A DNA stretch of 64,000 nucleotides from an uncultured Acidobacteriota bacterium (GCA_963702425.1 CAVPCQ010000006.1:224001-288000); one strand, 5' to 3'. Positions 10,357 through 22,418 are shown, counted from the stretch's first letter. Numbers and translations are program-made. The notes: generated by a model not told the origin, from the letters alone.

Positions 10357-11457
10357 TTACGCTGGATCGTCGCGGTTGGCAAGTCTTTCTCCGCTGGCAA
10401 CCGCCTGCCCCTCTCCGCGGACGCGTCGGAAGGCCTCGAGCTTCACCAGCCCGGACACCTGGGCCGCCCCGTAAAAGGAATAGGGGCTGCCGGTCTCCTT
10501 CTCGGCCACCGCCGGGCAGAAGGAGGCGAACCCCCCCTCCTCATGCGGGGACAGCGTGGCCCGGGGGACCTCGTCTGCCACCTTCCGCACGAAGTCCAGC
10601 GTCTCGTTGCGGCCGGCCTTCCCCTGCCAGACGGCGTCGAAATCTTCCACCTCGAGGATGTTGCAGACGGCCCGGCGCCAGGCGATACAGGGGAATACAT
10701 CCCCGTAAGGGTCGATCGCGACGCTGGTGCGGCCCGTGCCGCAGTTGTGCTTCATGTCCGCCACCGGCCGGGGGTTCAGCCCTCGCCGACCGAGGCGCAC
10801 CTGGTCGGCCAGGAACGAGATCAGGAACTCCTTCTCAGCGGCGAGAGAGAGCGGTCCGAGATCTCCGTCGTCGGTCGGGTTGATGTTGGTGTCGTAGGTG
10901 ACCTTGTAGCCGAAGCGGTCGGCAAGCGTGTCGATATCCCGCAGTTCCGCCTGGTTGAGGCGCGTGATGGGCGTCTTCAGCGTGACCTTCACACCGGTCT
11001 CGGAAAGATGACCGAGCGCCACGAGCAGGCGATCGAACGAGCCACTGATTCCCGTGAGCCTGTCGTGAGTCGCCGCCCGCGCGCCGTGGATGCTGATTTC
11101 GGTGTCGAAGGGTGCCAGTTCCGCGTAACGCTCGACCTTCGCACGATCGGCCAGCAGCACGCCGTTCGTGTAGACCTTCAACACCAGCCCGCGCTCCCGC
11201 ACACCTTCCGCGATCTTCCAGAAGTCGCGGTGAACGAAGGGCTCTCCGCCCGTCAGGATCATCGTGAACGTGCCTGCGGCCTGGAGCTTCGAAATCGCAG
11301 AGAGCCATTGCTCGCCGTCCAGCTCGTGCCGCTGCTTCGGCGCGTTGTAGCAGAACGAGCAGAGCAGGTTGCACTTGTATGTCAACTCGAGCTGCGCCGT
11401 GATCGGCCGCGACTGCTCGTAGGCACGGTTGACGAGGGTGCTGACATCGATGCTCAC
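10357..11457 (-). CDS. Radical SAM peptide-modifying enzyme, SPASM/twitch family
   Basis: CNLLCSFC (CX3CX2C), LTGGEP, YTNG, and C-terminal CGTGRTSVAIDPYGDVFPC. GTG 11457 follows a GAGAGGA RBS; TTG 11466 is the alternative start. Confidence 0.9.
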   Translation of the reverse strand: MSIDVSTLVNRAYEQSRPITAQLELTYKCNLLCSFCYNAPKQRHELDGEQWLSAISKLQAAGTFTMILTGGEPFVHRDFWKIAEGVRERGLVLKVYTNGVLLADRAKVERYAELAPFDTEISIHGARAATHDRLTGISGSFDRLLVALGHLSETGVKVTLKTPITRLNQAELRDIDTLADRFGYKVTYDTNINPTDDGDLGPLSLAAEKEFLISFLADQVRLGRRGLNPRPVADMKHNCGTGRTSVAIDPYGDVFPCIAWRRAVCNILEVEDFDAVWQGKAGRNETLDFVRKVADEVPRATLSPHEEGGFASFCPAVAEKETGSPYSFYGAAQVSGLVKLEAFRRVRGEGQAVASGERLANRDDPA

Positions 11458-11495
11458 GGATGGCAATCCTCTCGCAGTCGCAAGTCCGGGGGGGG

Positions 11496-11792
11496 TTACG
11501 CGGTCGGGACGAGCTCGACCGCGCCGAGCTCGGTCAACTCTGTGAGTGCACCACGCACGTCGCCGACGAGTTCTTCGAGGACCGGTACCTGCTCGTACTC
11601 GGCCGAGAGGATCGAGGCGATCTCCGCCGCCGAGCGTTTGCCGTCGACGAGTTGGAGAACGCGGAGGCTGGTTCCGTTCAGGACGACCTGGAGAGCCTGA
11701 CGGGGGATGACCAGGAGGCCCTCTCCGCCATAGTCCTGGAAGGAGATGTCCCGGTGGCGGCGGTAGATCCGTTCGGTGCTGGCTTCGATCAT
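11496..11792 (-). CDS. PqqD-family RiPP recognition element (stand-alone, 98 aa)
   Basis: VLNGTSLRVLQLVDGKRSAAEIASILSAEYE...DVRGALTELTELGAV is the typical PqqD pattern. ATG 11792 follows GAGGA. Confidence 0.88.
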   Translation of the reverse strand: MIEASTERIYRRHRDISFQDYGGEGLLVIPRQALQVVLNGTSLRVLQLVDGKRSAAEIASILSAEYEQVPVLEELVGDVRGALTELTELGAVELVPTA

Positions 11793-11811
11793 GTCGTCCT
11801 CGTGCCGGCGG

Positions 11812-11840
11812 AGTATACGGCGCGCCCTCGAGTCAAACAA
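11812..11840 (-). promoter_or_regulatory. Putative sigma70-type promoter for the pqqD-rSAM-precursor unit
   Basis: Minus strand TTGTTT-17 bp-TATACT in an AT-rich patch just upstream of the PqqD start. Confidence 0.55.
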
Positions 11841-11878
11841 GAAAACTGTTTCCAGATTAGGGCTACGTCACACGACGG

Positions 11879-13723
11879 CTACTTCGCGTCCACGTATCCC
11901 AGGCTCCGCAGCCGTTCGAGAACGTCCGCCTCGAGAGCTCCGCTGGCCGCCGCGCCGGAGGGAGCCGCCACCCGGGCCCGAGTCCTGCGTCGGTCCGATC
12001 CGGCCGTCAGCGCGCCCGCCCCTCCGCTGCACATCCGGGCATCGATCGTGTAGCCCGCGGCGGCGAGGAAGGTCGGGGAGACCTGCTCGAGCCCGACCGA
12101 CGCGGGGATGGCTCCGGCCCCGTCCGGCCAGGCCGCGAAGCCGCGCTCCCATCCCCCCGCCCGTCCCGGCCAGCCGACGAGCGTGACCGGCGCGTCGTCG
12201 CCGACCACGCGGGCCAACTCACGATCGACGACCGCGGCGTGACCGCGCACCGCGGCGAGCATCTCGAACAGGTCCTTCCCCTCGTGGCGGAAGCGCTCGC
12301 GCAGGATGTCGAGCCCCGGCAGGTAGACCGCCGCGACCGCCACGGCGGGGTCGCGCAGCGCATCCTCCAGCGACTGCAGCGCAAAGAGATCGGTCACCAG
12401 GGCCTCGCGCGCGGCGACCGCCGCCGCGTCGCGTGCCTCGCCCAGCGGGCCAGCCTGGTCTTCGGCCGCTGCCAGCCAGGCCGCCGCGCGGGCTTCGCCC
12501 CACGACGGGGGAAAGATCGCCTCGGGCGTACCGCGCCCGCGCCGGGCTGCGACGAGCGCCCCCTCGCTGGCGACGTAGCCGCCCGCGGCGCCCGGCGAGA
12601 CGGCAGGCCAGGTCCCCCACCACTGCACGAGCGCCGTCTTGCGCGCGTCCGCCGTCACCTCCCAGAAGGCCGGGACGCCGCGCACGCCGGCCCGCACCGC
12701 GCGCTGCTCGGTCGGCAGCAGGCGGGTCAGCAGGTCCATCGGCCCGGCCGCGACACCCCGGCCGACCGCCGGCGCGCTGGCGCCGGGCAGGCCGCGCAGG
12801 CTGGCCCCCGAGACGCCGTGGACGGCGCTCGGGCAGCCGGTGGCGATCGTCGTCCAGACCGCGACCGGATCGCTCTCGGCCCCCGCCCGGAGGACCGACA
12901 CCGCCCCGTCGCCGAGCCGCCCGGCGAGCCACGGCGTCGCCCCCTCGCGCGCCAGCCCGCGCGCGGCTTCCAGCGACAATCCGTCCCAGCCGACGAGGAT
13001 CGACCGCGCCGGCGCGCCGGCACGCACCTCGACCGGCTCCCCGCTCCCCTCTCCGGCGCTGGTCGCAACGGCGGCGAGCCCCGCCAGGGCCGCGAGCGCC
13101 ATCGCCAGGCCGAGGGTCCAGAGCGCGGCGCGGGGCGGCGCACGACGCGGTGCACGCCCGGTGGCAATCGCCGCCTGGACCAGCGCCGCCGCCGACACGA
13201 CGCGCCCGGCGAACCCGGCGCCCCCCGCCAGCAGCAGCAGCGACAGCACGCTGGCCCACGAACGGGGCCCGCCGGCGCGGGCCCACCAGACGCCGAGGTA
13301 GAGCGCGAGCGCGCCGGCAACCACCAGCCCTGCCGCCAGCGACGCGCGCCGCGGCGACAGCCCGCCGCGGGCGCGCTCGTAGGCCCGGATCACGAGCCCC
13401 GCGACCGCCTCGGCGAGCGCAACGAAGATCCCCATGACGACCGCGAACAGGAGCGCGTAGAGCACGCCGTCGGGCCACCAGGGGACGAGCCCCCGGCTCT
13501 CGCGGACCAGCACCAGCGCGAGCAGGATCCCCAGCGGCGGCCCGGCGACCAGTCCACCCAGGAGCGCCGTCAGCCAGCCGCCCCGCCCGCTGAAAAAAAG
13601 CCGCTCGAGCGGCGCCTCCAGGTAGCCGCGCTCGCGCAGCGCGTCGCGGACCGCGTCGTAGCCGCGCGGGTCGCCGGCCGGCGACGAGTCGTTCGGTCCC
13701 AGGGGAGGGGGCGGCGCGCTCAA
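11879..13723 (-). CDS. Membrane-anchored alkaline phosphatase/nucleotide pyrophosphatase-superfamily protein
   Basis: N-terminal TM helices, then LVGWDGL, VWTTIATG...HGV, WWGTWPA, VYLPGLDI and terminal RLRSLGY. Confidence 0.75.
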   Translation of the reverse strand: MSAPPPPLGPNDSSPAGDPRGYDAVRDALRERGYLEAPLERLFFSGRGGWLTALLGGLVAGPPLGILLALVLVRESRGLVPWWPDGVLYALLFAVVMGIFVALAEAVAGLVIRAYERARGGLSPRRASLAAGLVVAGALALYLGVWWARAGGPRSWASVLSLLLLAGGAGFAGRVVSAAALVQAAIATGRAPRRAPPRAALWTLGLAMALAALAGLAAVATSAGEGSGEPVEVRAGAPARSILVGWDGLSLEAARGLAREGATPWLAGRLGDGAVSVLRAGAESDPVAVWTTIATGCPSAVHGVSGASLRGLPGASAPAVGRGVAAGPMDLLTRLLPTEQRAVRAGVRGVPAFWEVTADARKTALVQWWGTWPAVSPGAAGGYVASEGALVAARRGRGTPEAIFPPSWGEARAAAWLAAAEDQAGPLGEARDAAAVAAREALVTDLFALQSLEDALRDPAVAVAAVYLPGLDILRERFRHEGKDLFEMLAAVRGHAAVVDRELARVVGDDAPVTLVGWPGRAGGWERGFAAWPDGAGAIPASVGLEQVSPTFLAAAGYTIDARMCSGGAGALTAGSDRRRTRARVAAPSGAAASGALEADVLERLRSLGYVDAK

Positions 13724-14604
13724 CGCTCCCTCGTCGCGACGGTGCGCGCGATCGCCTCGAGCACCTCCCCGCGCCGGCCCAGTGGCGCCAGGCTGAGCGC
13801 GGCGGTGTCGAGCAGGTCGGCGGCGAGCTGCCGTGCACCCTCGATGCCGGCGAAGCTGACGAAGCTCGCCCCCGACTCGTCGAGTCCGACGTCCTTGCCG
13901 GTCTTGTCCGGATCGCCGATCACATCGAGCAGGTCGTCGGTGATCTGGAACGCCAGCCCGAGGTTCTTGGCATAGGCCTTCAGCGCCGCCTGTTCGGCCG
14001 CGCCGGCGCCGGCGCGCCGTCCGGCCTCGACCGCGCAGGCGATGAACAGGCTGCCGGTCTTCAGCGCGTGGATCCGCTCCAGCTCCTCGAAGCCCGGAGT
14101 GGCCCCGCGGGCCATCAGGTCCAGCGCTTCTCCCGCGACCATGCCGCTTTCGCCGACGGCCTCCGCCAGCAGCAGGACCGTTCCGACCGCGTCGTCCGGC
14201 CCCATCATCCGCGGGCGGGAGCAGCGCGCGACGTGGCGGTAGGCGCCCGACAGCAGCGCCACCGCGGCGAGGATCGAGGTCGCCTCGCCGAAGACGCGGT
14301 GGCTCGTCGGCGCGCCGCGCCGCCGCAGCGCGTTGTCGAACGACGGCAGGTCGTCGAGGATCAGCGACGAAGCGTGGATCATCTCGACCGCGACGCCCAG
14401 CGGCAGCACGTCCTTCTCGCGGCCGCCGTAGGCCTCGGAGACGGCGAGGCAGACGATCGCCCGGAGCCGCTTCCCGGGCAGCATGAGCGTGTAGCGCATC
14501 GCCTCGACCAGCCGTCCCGCATCGGGGTGGCGCGGCGGGAGCGCTTCCTCGATCGCCGACTCCACGCGCCGCCGCCGGTCGGCCAGATAGGCGTTGAGAT
14601 CCAA
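13720..14604 (-). CDS. ispA: Polyprenyl diphosphate (FPP/GGPP) synthase
   Basis: GKRLR, HASSLILDDLPSFDN..RRG, KTG, GLAFQITDDLLD. Confidence 0.88.
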   Translation of the reverse strand: MDLNAYLADRRRRVESAIEEALPPRHPDAGRLVEAMRYTLMLPGKRLRAIVCLAVSEAYGGREKDVLPLGVAVEMIHASSLILDDLPSFDNALRRRGAPTSHRVFGEATSILAAVALLSGAYRHVARCSRPRMMGPDDAVGTVLLLAEAVGESGMVAGEALDLMARGATPGFEELERIHALKTGSLFIACAVEAGRRAGAGAAEQAALKAYAKNLGLAFQITDDLLDVIGDPDKTGKDVGLDESGASFVSFAGIEGARQLAADLLDTAALSLAPLGRRGEVLEAIARTVATRER

Positions 14605-14691
14605 CCCGTTGCTCCCTGTGTGCGCGCCGCCGTGCCCCGAGTGGGCCGATGATGGCCCCGGGTCGTGCAGCGGGCCACCCGGGAGGGGACC

Positions 14692-15902
14692 ATGCGCCGG
14701 CGGCCCCTCGTTCCTACATTAGGTCTCGTGGGGAAGGACAACCGCGAACGCCGCCAGACGGCGGCAGCCTGGCTGGTGGCCGGGCTGGCGCTCGGGGCTG
14801 CGGCGCTGGCGCTGAGCCCCTGGTTCTCGTGGCGCTTCGCGATCGCGCCGTTCCAGCCGGGGGGCGGGGCGGGCGACGAGCCGGCGGGATCCCGGGCGGT
14901 CCAGGCCGCCCCGGCCCAGCGCGATCCCGACCCTTCGGAGCTGCTGCCCGTCGATGCCGCGGCGGCCGAGGTCCCGGCCCTTCGCGGGGGCCGCGTCGCG
15001 GGGCCCTCGGGCGCGGCCCGGCTCGACCTTCCGCCGGGTGCGTTGCCGGCCGACGCGCGGGTCGAGATCGCGCGCCTCGCGGAGCCCGACCCGCTCGGCG
15101 GCGGCGCGTCGGTGGACCTGCGGCCGGAGGGCCTCAGGCTGCGTACGCCGGCGCGGCTGGAGCTGCCCGTGCCGGCCGGGTTCGCACCCGAGCAATTGGA
15201 GATCGCCGTCTTCGACGCCGATCGCCAGCGCTGGGAACCGGAGCCGCGGCAGGAATTCGATCACGCCGGCGTCCGACTGGTCGCCGAGATCGAGCACTTC
15301 TCGTTCCGCCGCGTGCGGATCCGTCCCGGGATGAACTTCCCATACGACCCGAAGCGCAGCGGAGCCACGTTCGCACTCTCTGACGACCTCGACCAGAGCT
15401 ACGAGAAGCTCGTCGACGGGCGCTGGGTCGCGGTCGGCCGGCGCTCGACGGAGTATCGCGAACTGGTGCAGTGTCGGGACGCGGGGGACGCCACGCGCTG
15501 ATCGCTGCGGGGCGGCTGCGCGCCGTGGCCGGCCCGCCGCATGCGCAAGCGATCGTCGACGACGACCGGGTCACCGCCAGCCTGCCGGCGGGGGTGCCCG
15601 AGGGACGGACCGGCTGGGTCCGCGTGACCGCGCTCGACGAGCGCGGCCGGCCGACGCCGCGCACGATCGTGGCGCAGGTCATCGGCGAAACGCCGCCCGC
15701 GCTGGTGCAGTCGGGGCTGTCGGTCCGGCTGAGCCGCGCGGCGATGGAGCAGCTGGGGCTGGTCTTCGGGGTCGATTTCGGCGTCGACCGCGAGGCCCCA
15801 GACCAGGGCTGGATCCGGTACACGTCGGCCGCGGACGGCGTGGCGACGTTCCGGGTGACGGTCCAGCTCGAGCCGGCGCAGCCGCCGCCGCGGCCGTCGT
15901 AG
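14692..15902 (+). CDS. Membrane-anchored hypothetical protein with ZU5-like domain; apparent frameshift near 15475
   Basis: TM segment, then ARLDLPPGAL...VDLRPEGLRLRTPARLELP...AEIEHFS. The reading continues plausibly in ORF 15471-15902. Confidence 0.55.
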
Positions 15903-16802
15903 TCAGAGCGCGTCGATCAGGTCCCAGAAGCGCGGGCTCTTCGTGAAGTGCAGGTCGTAGACGGGGACGCTCGCGACGAACCGTGCGACGAGCCCGGTGA
16001 GCCCCTCGTGCGGCACGCCCCAACTCGTGCACGAACGGGACGCTGGCCGAGACCGTGGCGATCGAGCGCGCCGAGGGAGAGGCGCTCGAGCCGGTCGTCG
16101 GGCGCCTGGCGCAGGCGGAAAGCCGCCGGCGATCGGCGAGGCGCCGCGCACGTGCGCTCGGCCGGCGCGTAGACCATGTAGAAAGGCACGGCCCACGCGA
16201 CGGGTCGCTCGCCCGAGACGTCGATCATCACCATGTCGTCGGAGAGCGCCCTGCCGCGGCGCGGAGAACGCGGTCGCCGTGCTCTTCCCCGCCCCCGAGG
16301 GGCCGAAGAACAGGAGGCGCGGTCGCCGGCAGGATGCCGGTGGTGTGGAGCAGGAAGGCCTGCGCTCGATCGACAGCAACTGGCCGGCGACGCGCAGGAA
16401 GTTCTCGATCGACATGCTGAAGCGCTTAAAGATCCGGTCGGTCAGGGTCACCTCGCCGTACCCGCCGCCAGGTCGAGCCAGCCGTCCTCCCAGTGGGAGC
16501 GCACCCGGTACCGGCCCGGCGCCTGGCGCTCGACTTCGATCTCGGTGGCCCCGCCCGGCGGAGGGAGCGGCACGAAGACGCCCGTCCCCTCGCGACAGGT
16601 ACGACCAGGTCGGAGCGGCGCGCGGGTCCGCGGGGCTCGGCGAAGGCAGGTACTGCGGCGCGACGAATCCGTCCCAGGTTGCCGGCAGGCCGAGCACGCG
16701 CACCACGAGCGGGCCGAGCAGGAGGTCGAAGTCGACGCGGCCGGGCGCGACGGGGGCGCGCAAGATCTCCGGGCTCTCGTGGCTTGGTTCGTGCGGAGGC
16801 AT
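15903..16802 (-). pseudogene. HPr-kinase-like P-loop protein of the type found in PqqD/rSAM loci; multiple frameshifts (sequencing error or decay)
   Basis: Segments in different frames join as ...FLLH...LFFGPSGAGKST...ALSDDMV...AVPF...LHFTKSPRFWDLI*. Confidence 0.65.
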
Positions 16803-16842
16803 TCGGGATCCGAGGGCTCTCGTGCGGCCAGCGCGGACTGTA

Positions 16843-18675
16843 TCACGCGCCCCGCTCGCCTTCCGCCGGCGCAGACTGCCGCCCCGCCAGCGCCTCCCGC
16901 ACCTTCCGCGCCCGCGCCTTCCCGACCGCCGCCGCCAGCGCCTCCTCGCTCGCCGCCCGCACCCCGTCCAGCGACCCGAACTGCTCCAGCAGCCGCCGCG
17001 CGGTGAGCGCGCCGATCCCCGGCAGCTCGGTCAGCTCGCTCTGGAAGGTCCGCTTGCTGCGGGCCGCGCGGTGGTGCTTGACCGCGAAGCGGTGGGCCTC
17101 GTCGCGGATCTGCTGGACCAGGTGCAGCGCCGGGTCGCCGCGCTCGAGCAGGATCGGCTCGCCGCGCCCCTCGAGGAAGATCTCCTCCTCGCGCTTGGCG
17201 AGCGAGATGATCGGCAGGCTGCCCAGGCCCAGCTCGCCGAGCGCCGCGATCGCGGCCCCGAGCTGCCCCTTGCCGCCGTCGATCAGCACCAGGTCCGGCA
17301 GGCGCTTCCCTTCGCGCTGGATCCGGGCGTAGCGCCGGCCGACGACCTCGCGCATCGCCTGGTAGTCGTCGCCCGCCGCCGCGGTGCGCACCTTGAAGAT
17401 CCGGTAGTCGGCCTTCTTCGGCTTGCCGCCCTCGAACGCGACCATCGACGCCCGCGGCTCGGTCCCGTGGAGGTGGCTGACATCGAACCCCTCGATCCGG
17501 AACGGCGGCTCGTCGAGCCCCAGCACGTCGCGCAGTTCCTCGAGCATCTGGACGCCGTGGACGTGGGTCGTGCGGAAGCGGGCCTCGAAGGCCAGCTTCG
17601 CGTTCTGGGCGACCAGGTCGAGAAAGCGCCGCTTGTCCCCCTGCACCGGGGCCCGCAGCACCACCTTTCCCCCGCGCCGCCCGCGCAGGAACTCCTCGAT
17701 CAGCGCCGCCTCGCGCGGCAGCCGCGGCAGGACGATCTCCGGCGCCGGCTCCTGGTCGGCGTAGAACTGCGGCAGGATCGCGTCGTAGAACGCCTCCGGC
17801 TCCGGGGCGTCGGCCAGCGTGAACTCGCGCCGGCCGAGGATCCGGCCCTCGCGCATCCGGAACAGCTCGACCGCCGCGCGATCCCCCTCGCGGTACTCGG
17901 CCCAGAAATCGATCGCTTCCAGCCCGACGGAAGTCATCTGCTGGCGCGCGGCGAGCGTCTCGAGCGCGCCGAGCATGTCGCGGTAGCGCGCCGCGCGCTC
18001 GAACTCCAGCGCCGCGGACGCGGCCGCCATGCGCTCTTCCAGGACCGCCCGCAGCTCGGCGTCGCGCCCCTCGAGGAACAGCTTCGCCTGCTGGACCTGC
18101 TCGCGGTACTGGGCCGGGTCGGCGTGCCCGGCGCAGGGGGCCAGGCACTGGTCCATGTGGTAGAGCAGGCAGGGGCGCTGCTTGCCGTCGAAGCGCAGGT
18201 AGCAGTTCGCGACCTGGAAGAAGCGCGGGATCATCCGCAGCGTGCGCCGCGCGGCGCTGGCCGGCAGGAACGGGCCGAAGTAGAGCTGGCCGTCCGTCCG
18301 CGGCCGGCGAACCAGCACGACCCGCGGGAACTCGTCCTGCACCGTCAGCTTGAGGTAGGGGAAATTCTTGTCGTCGCGCAGCAGGACGTTGTAGGGCGGG
18401 CGGTGCTCCTTGATCAGGTTGTTCTCGAGGATCAGCGCCTCGACCTCGCTGCGCGTCACGATCACGTCGAGGTCCCGGACCTGCTCGACCATCGCCGCGA
18501 TCCGCACCTCGTGCTTCGCCGACTCCTGGAAGTAGCTCCGCACGCGGCTCTTCAGCGACAGCGCCTTGCCGACGTAGAGGATCTTCCCCGCCCCGTCCCA
18601 GTAGCGGTAGACGCCGGGCTGCTCGGGCAGGCGGCCGAGCGCCTCGACCAGGCGGGCCGGGAGGTCCTCGCGCAC
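16843..18675 (-). CDS. uvrC: Excinuclease ABC subunit C
   Basis: GIY-YIG (PGVY..LYVGKA), RIEGFDVSH, PDLVLIDGGKGQ, RDEAHRFA, and HhH. Confidence 0.97.
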   Translation of the reverse strand: MREDLPARLVEALGRLPEQPGVYRYWDGAGKILYVGKALSLKSRVRSYFQESAKHEVRIAAMVEQVRDLDVIVTRSEVEALILENNLIKEHRPPYNVLLRDDKNFPYLKLTVQDEFPRVVLVRRPRTDGQLYFGPFLPASAARRTLRMIPRFFQVANCYLRFDGKQRPCLLYHMDQCLAPCAGHADPAQYREQVQQAKLFLEGRDAELRAVLEERMAAASAALEFERAARYRDMLGALETLAARQQMTSVGLEAIDFWAEYREGDRAAVELFRMREGRILGRREFTLADAPEPEAFYDAILPQFYADQEPAPEIVLPRLPREAALIEEFLRGRRGGKVVLRAPVQGDKRRFLDLVAQNAKLAFEARFRTTHVHGVQMLEELRDVLGLDEPPFRIEGFDVSHLHGTEPRASMVAFEGGKPKKADYRIFKVRTAAAGDDYQAMREVVGRRYARIQREGKRLPDLVLIDGGKGQLGAAIAALGELGLGSLPIISLAKREEEIFLEGRGEPILLERGDPALHLVQQIRDEAHRFAVKHHRAARSKRTFQSELTELPGIGALTARRLLEQFGSLDGVRAASEEALAAAVGKARARKVREALAGRQSAPAEGERGA

Positions 18676-18676
18676 C

Positions 18677-20673
<1,997 letters not shown>

Positions 20674-20674
<1 letters not shown>

Positions 20675-22209
20675 CAGGTGGCCGCGCGGCGGAACCGCTC
20701 GGCGACCTTGTCGGGGCCGAGGATCTCGATGAACGCCCCGGCGCGCGGGCCGCGCGCGCGGCCGATCAGCGCCGCGTAGACCGCCTCGAAGCCGCGCTTC
20801 GCGCCCGGGCCGCCCGCTTCGTTGGCCAGGTCGCGGATCGCGTCCTGGATCGCGTCGGCCGTCGCCAGCGCCGGCAGCGCCTCGGCCAGCCGCCCGAGGA
20901 ACGCGCGCTGCGCGGCGTCGAGCCCGGCGACCGCGGCCGGCAGCTCCTCCGGCACCTCGACCCGCGCCTCCTCGGGCGCGAAGCGGTCGAGCCAGTAGCG
21001 GGCCATCGCCATCCGCTCGGCGACGGCCGCGCGGTCCAGCGGCCCGTACCCGCCCCGCTCGAGCAGGCCCAGCGTGCGGTCGAGGTCGAAGCCCGTGATC
21101 TGCGCCACCAGCACGAGGTGGTGGAACGGGACGCCGACGGGCGTGAAGCCCGCCGCGCGCGACAGTTCGAGCGCCCGGCTGTCGACCCCCGCGGCCGAGG
21201 CGTCGTCGACCTCGTCGACCAGCCGCAGGAACGGCATCCCGGGGTCGAACTGGATCGAGCGCTGGGGCCGGTTCCTGAGCACGACGTAGCGCAGGACCTC
21301 GGGGGGCGCGACGTGCAGCAGCTCGTCGGCGGCCAGGACGTTCCCCTTGGAGGACGACATGTCCCCCTGGCCCTTCAGCGCGATCCACTCGTAGACGATC
21401 GGGTGCGGCGGCTCGATCCCGAAGATCTCGCGCGCGATCCGCTCACCCGTGTCGTAGCTGCCGCCCCGGCTGGCGTGATCCTTCCCGAACGGCTCGACCG
21501 AGACCCCGAGCGCCTTCCAGCGCGCCGCCCAGTCGACCCGCCAGGTCAGCTTGCCGCCGCCGGCCGGCGACTGTTCGCTTTCCTCCCCGCAGGCTCCGCA
21601 ACGCGATCGGACCCGCTTCCGGCTTCGATCGAAATCGAGCACCTCCCCCCGGTCCAGCCGGCCGCACTGGGAGCAGAGCGGGTTCCAGGGCGACCAGCCG
21701 GCCTTGACCTCTTCCTTGCCGGTCACTTCCTGCAGGATCGCGGCGATCCGGTCCTGGTTCTCGAGGGCGGTGAAGGCGACGTCGTCCATCGCCCCGCTCG
21801 CATAGAGCTGGTGCGCCCGGACGACCTCACAGTCGACGTGGAGGCGGCCGAGCGCGGCGAGGAACGGGCGCAGGTAGTAGTCGGCGTAGCTCCCCTCCCC
21901 GTCGGGCGCGGGGATCCGGAAGAGCGGCTTGCCGAGCAGCGGGGCGTAGGCCTGCTCGTCCAGCAGCTTGTGGACCTTGCGCAGCGGATCGAGGTCGTCG
22001 ACCACGAACACCAGTCGCGCCGGCGCGCCGCGGTCGCGCAGCGCGCGGGCCACGGCGTCGCCGGTCAGGATCTCGCGCAGGTGGCCGACGTGGAAGACGC
22101 CCGAGGGCGAGATGCCGGTGGCGATGACGGGAGCCACGCTGCCGCGGGCCAGCACCTCGTCGGCGACGCGATCGGCCCAGTGGGGCTCGGGAGCGGGGGT
22201 CTCGGACAT
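20674..22209 (-). CDS. lysS: Lysine--tRNA ligase, class I
   Basis: [16 protein letters not shown] (HIGH-like), [27 protein letters not shown] (KMSKS-like), GPRAG. Confidence 0.95.
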
Positions 22210-22418
22210 CGGAAAGGGTCCCCTCGACGCTGGAAAGCGGAGAAGAATAGACCCGATTTCGCTCCTCCACCGGCACGGCGCTTGATCCCCCGGCGGAGAT
22301 TTGGTTTGCTAGGGGCCGCGCGAGGGGCGCGCCGACCGATCGAGCCATGGCACGGGCCGCCAGACGGCCGGGGAGAGTGTGGTTTGTCCGAAGCGAGCTC
22401 CTTCGAAGGAGACCATCG

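Noticed and set aside
10121-11792. Assignment to lasso peptide, PQQ, mycofactocin or SCIFF pathways
   Set aside because: No lasso cyclase or B2 protease; no ExxxY core or pqqBC; no IDGxCGVY end; only two Cys.
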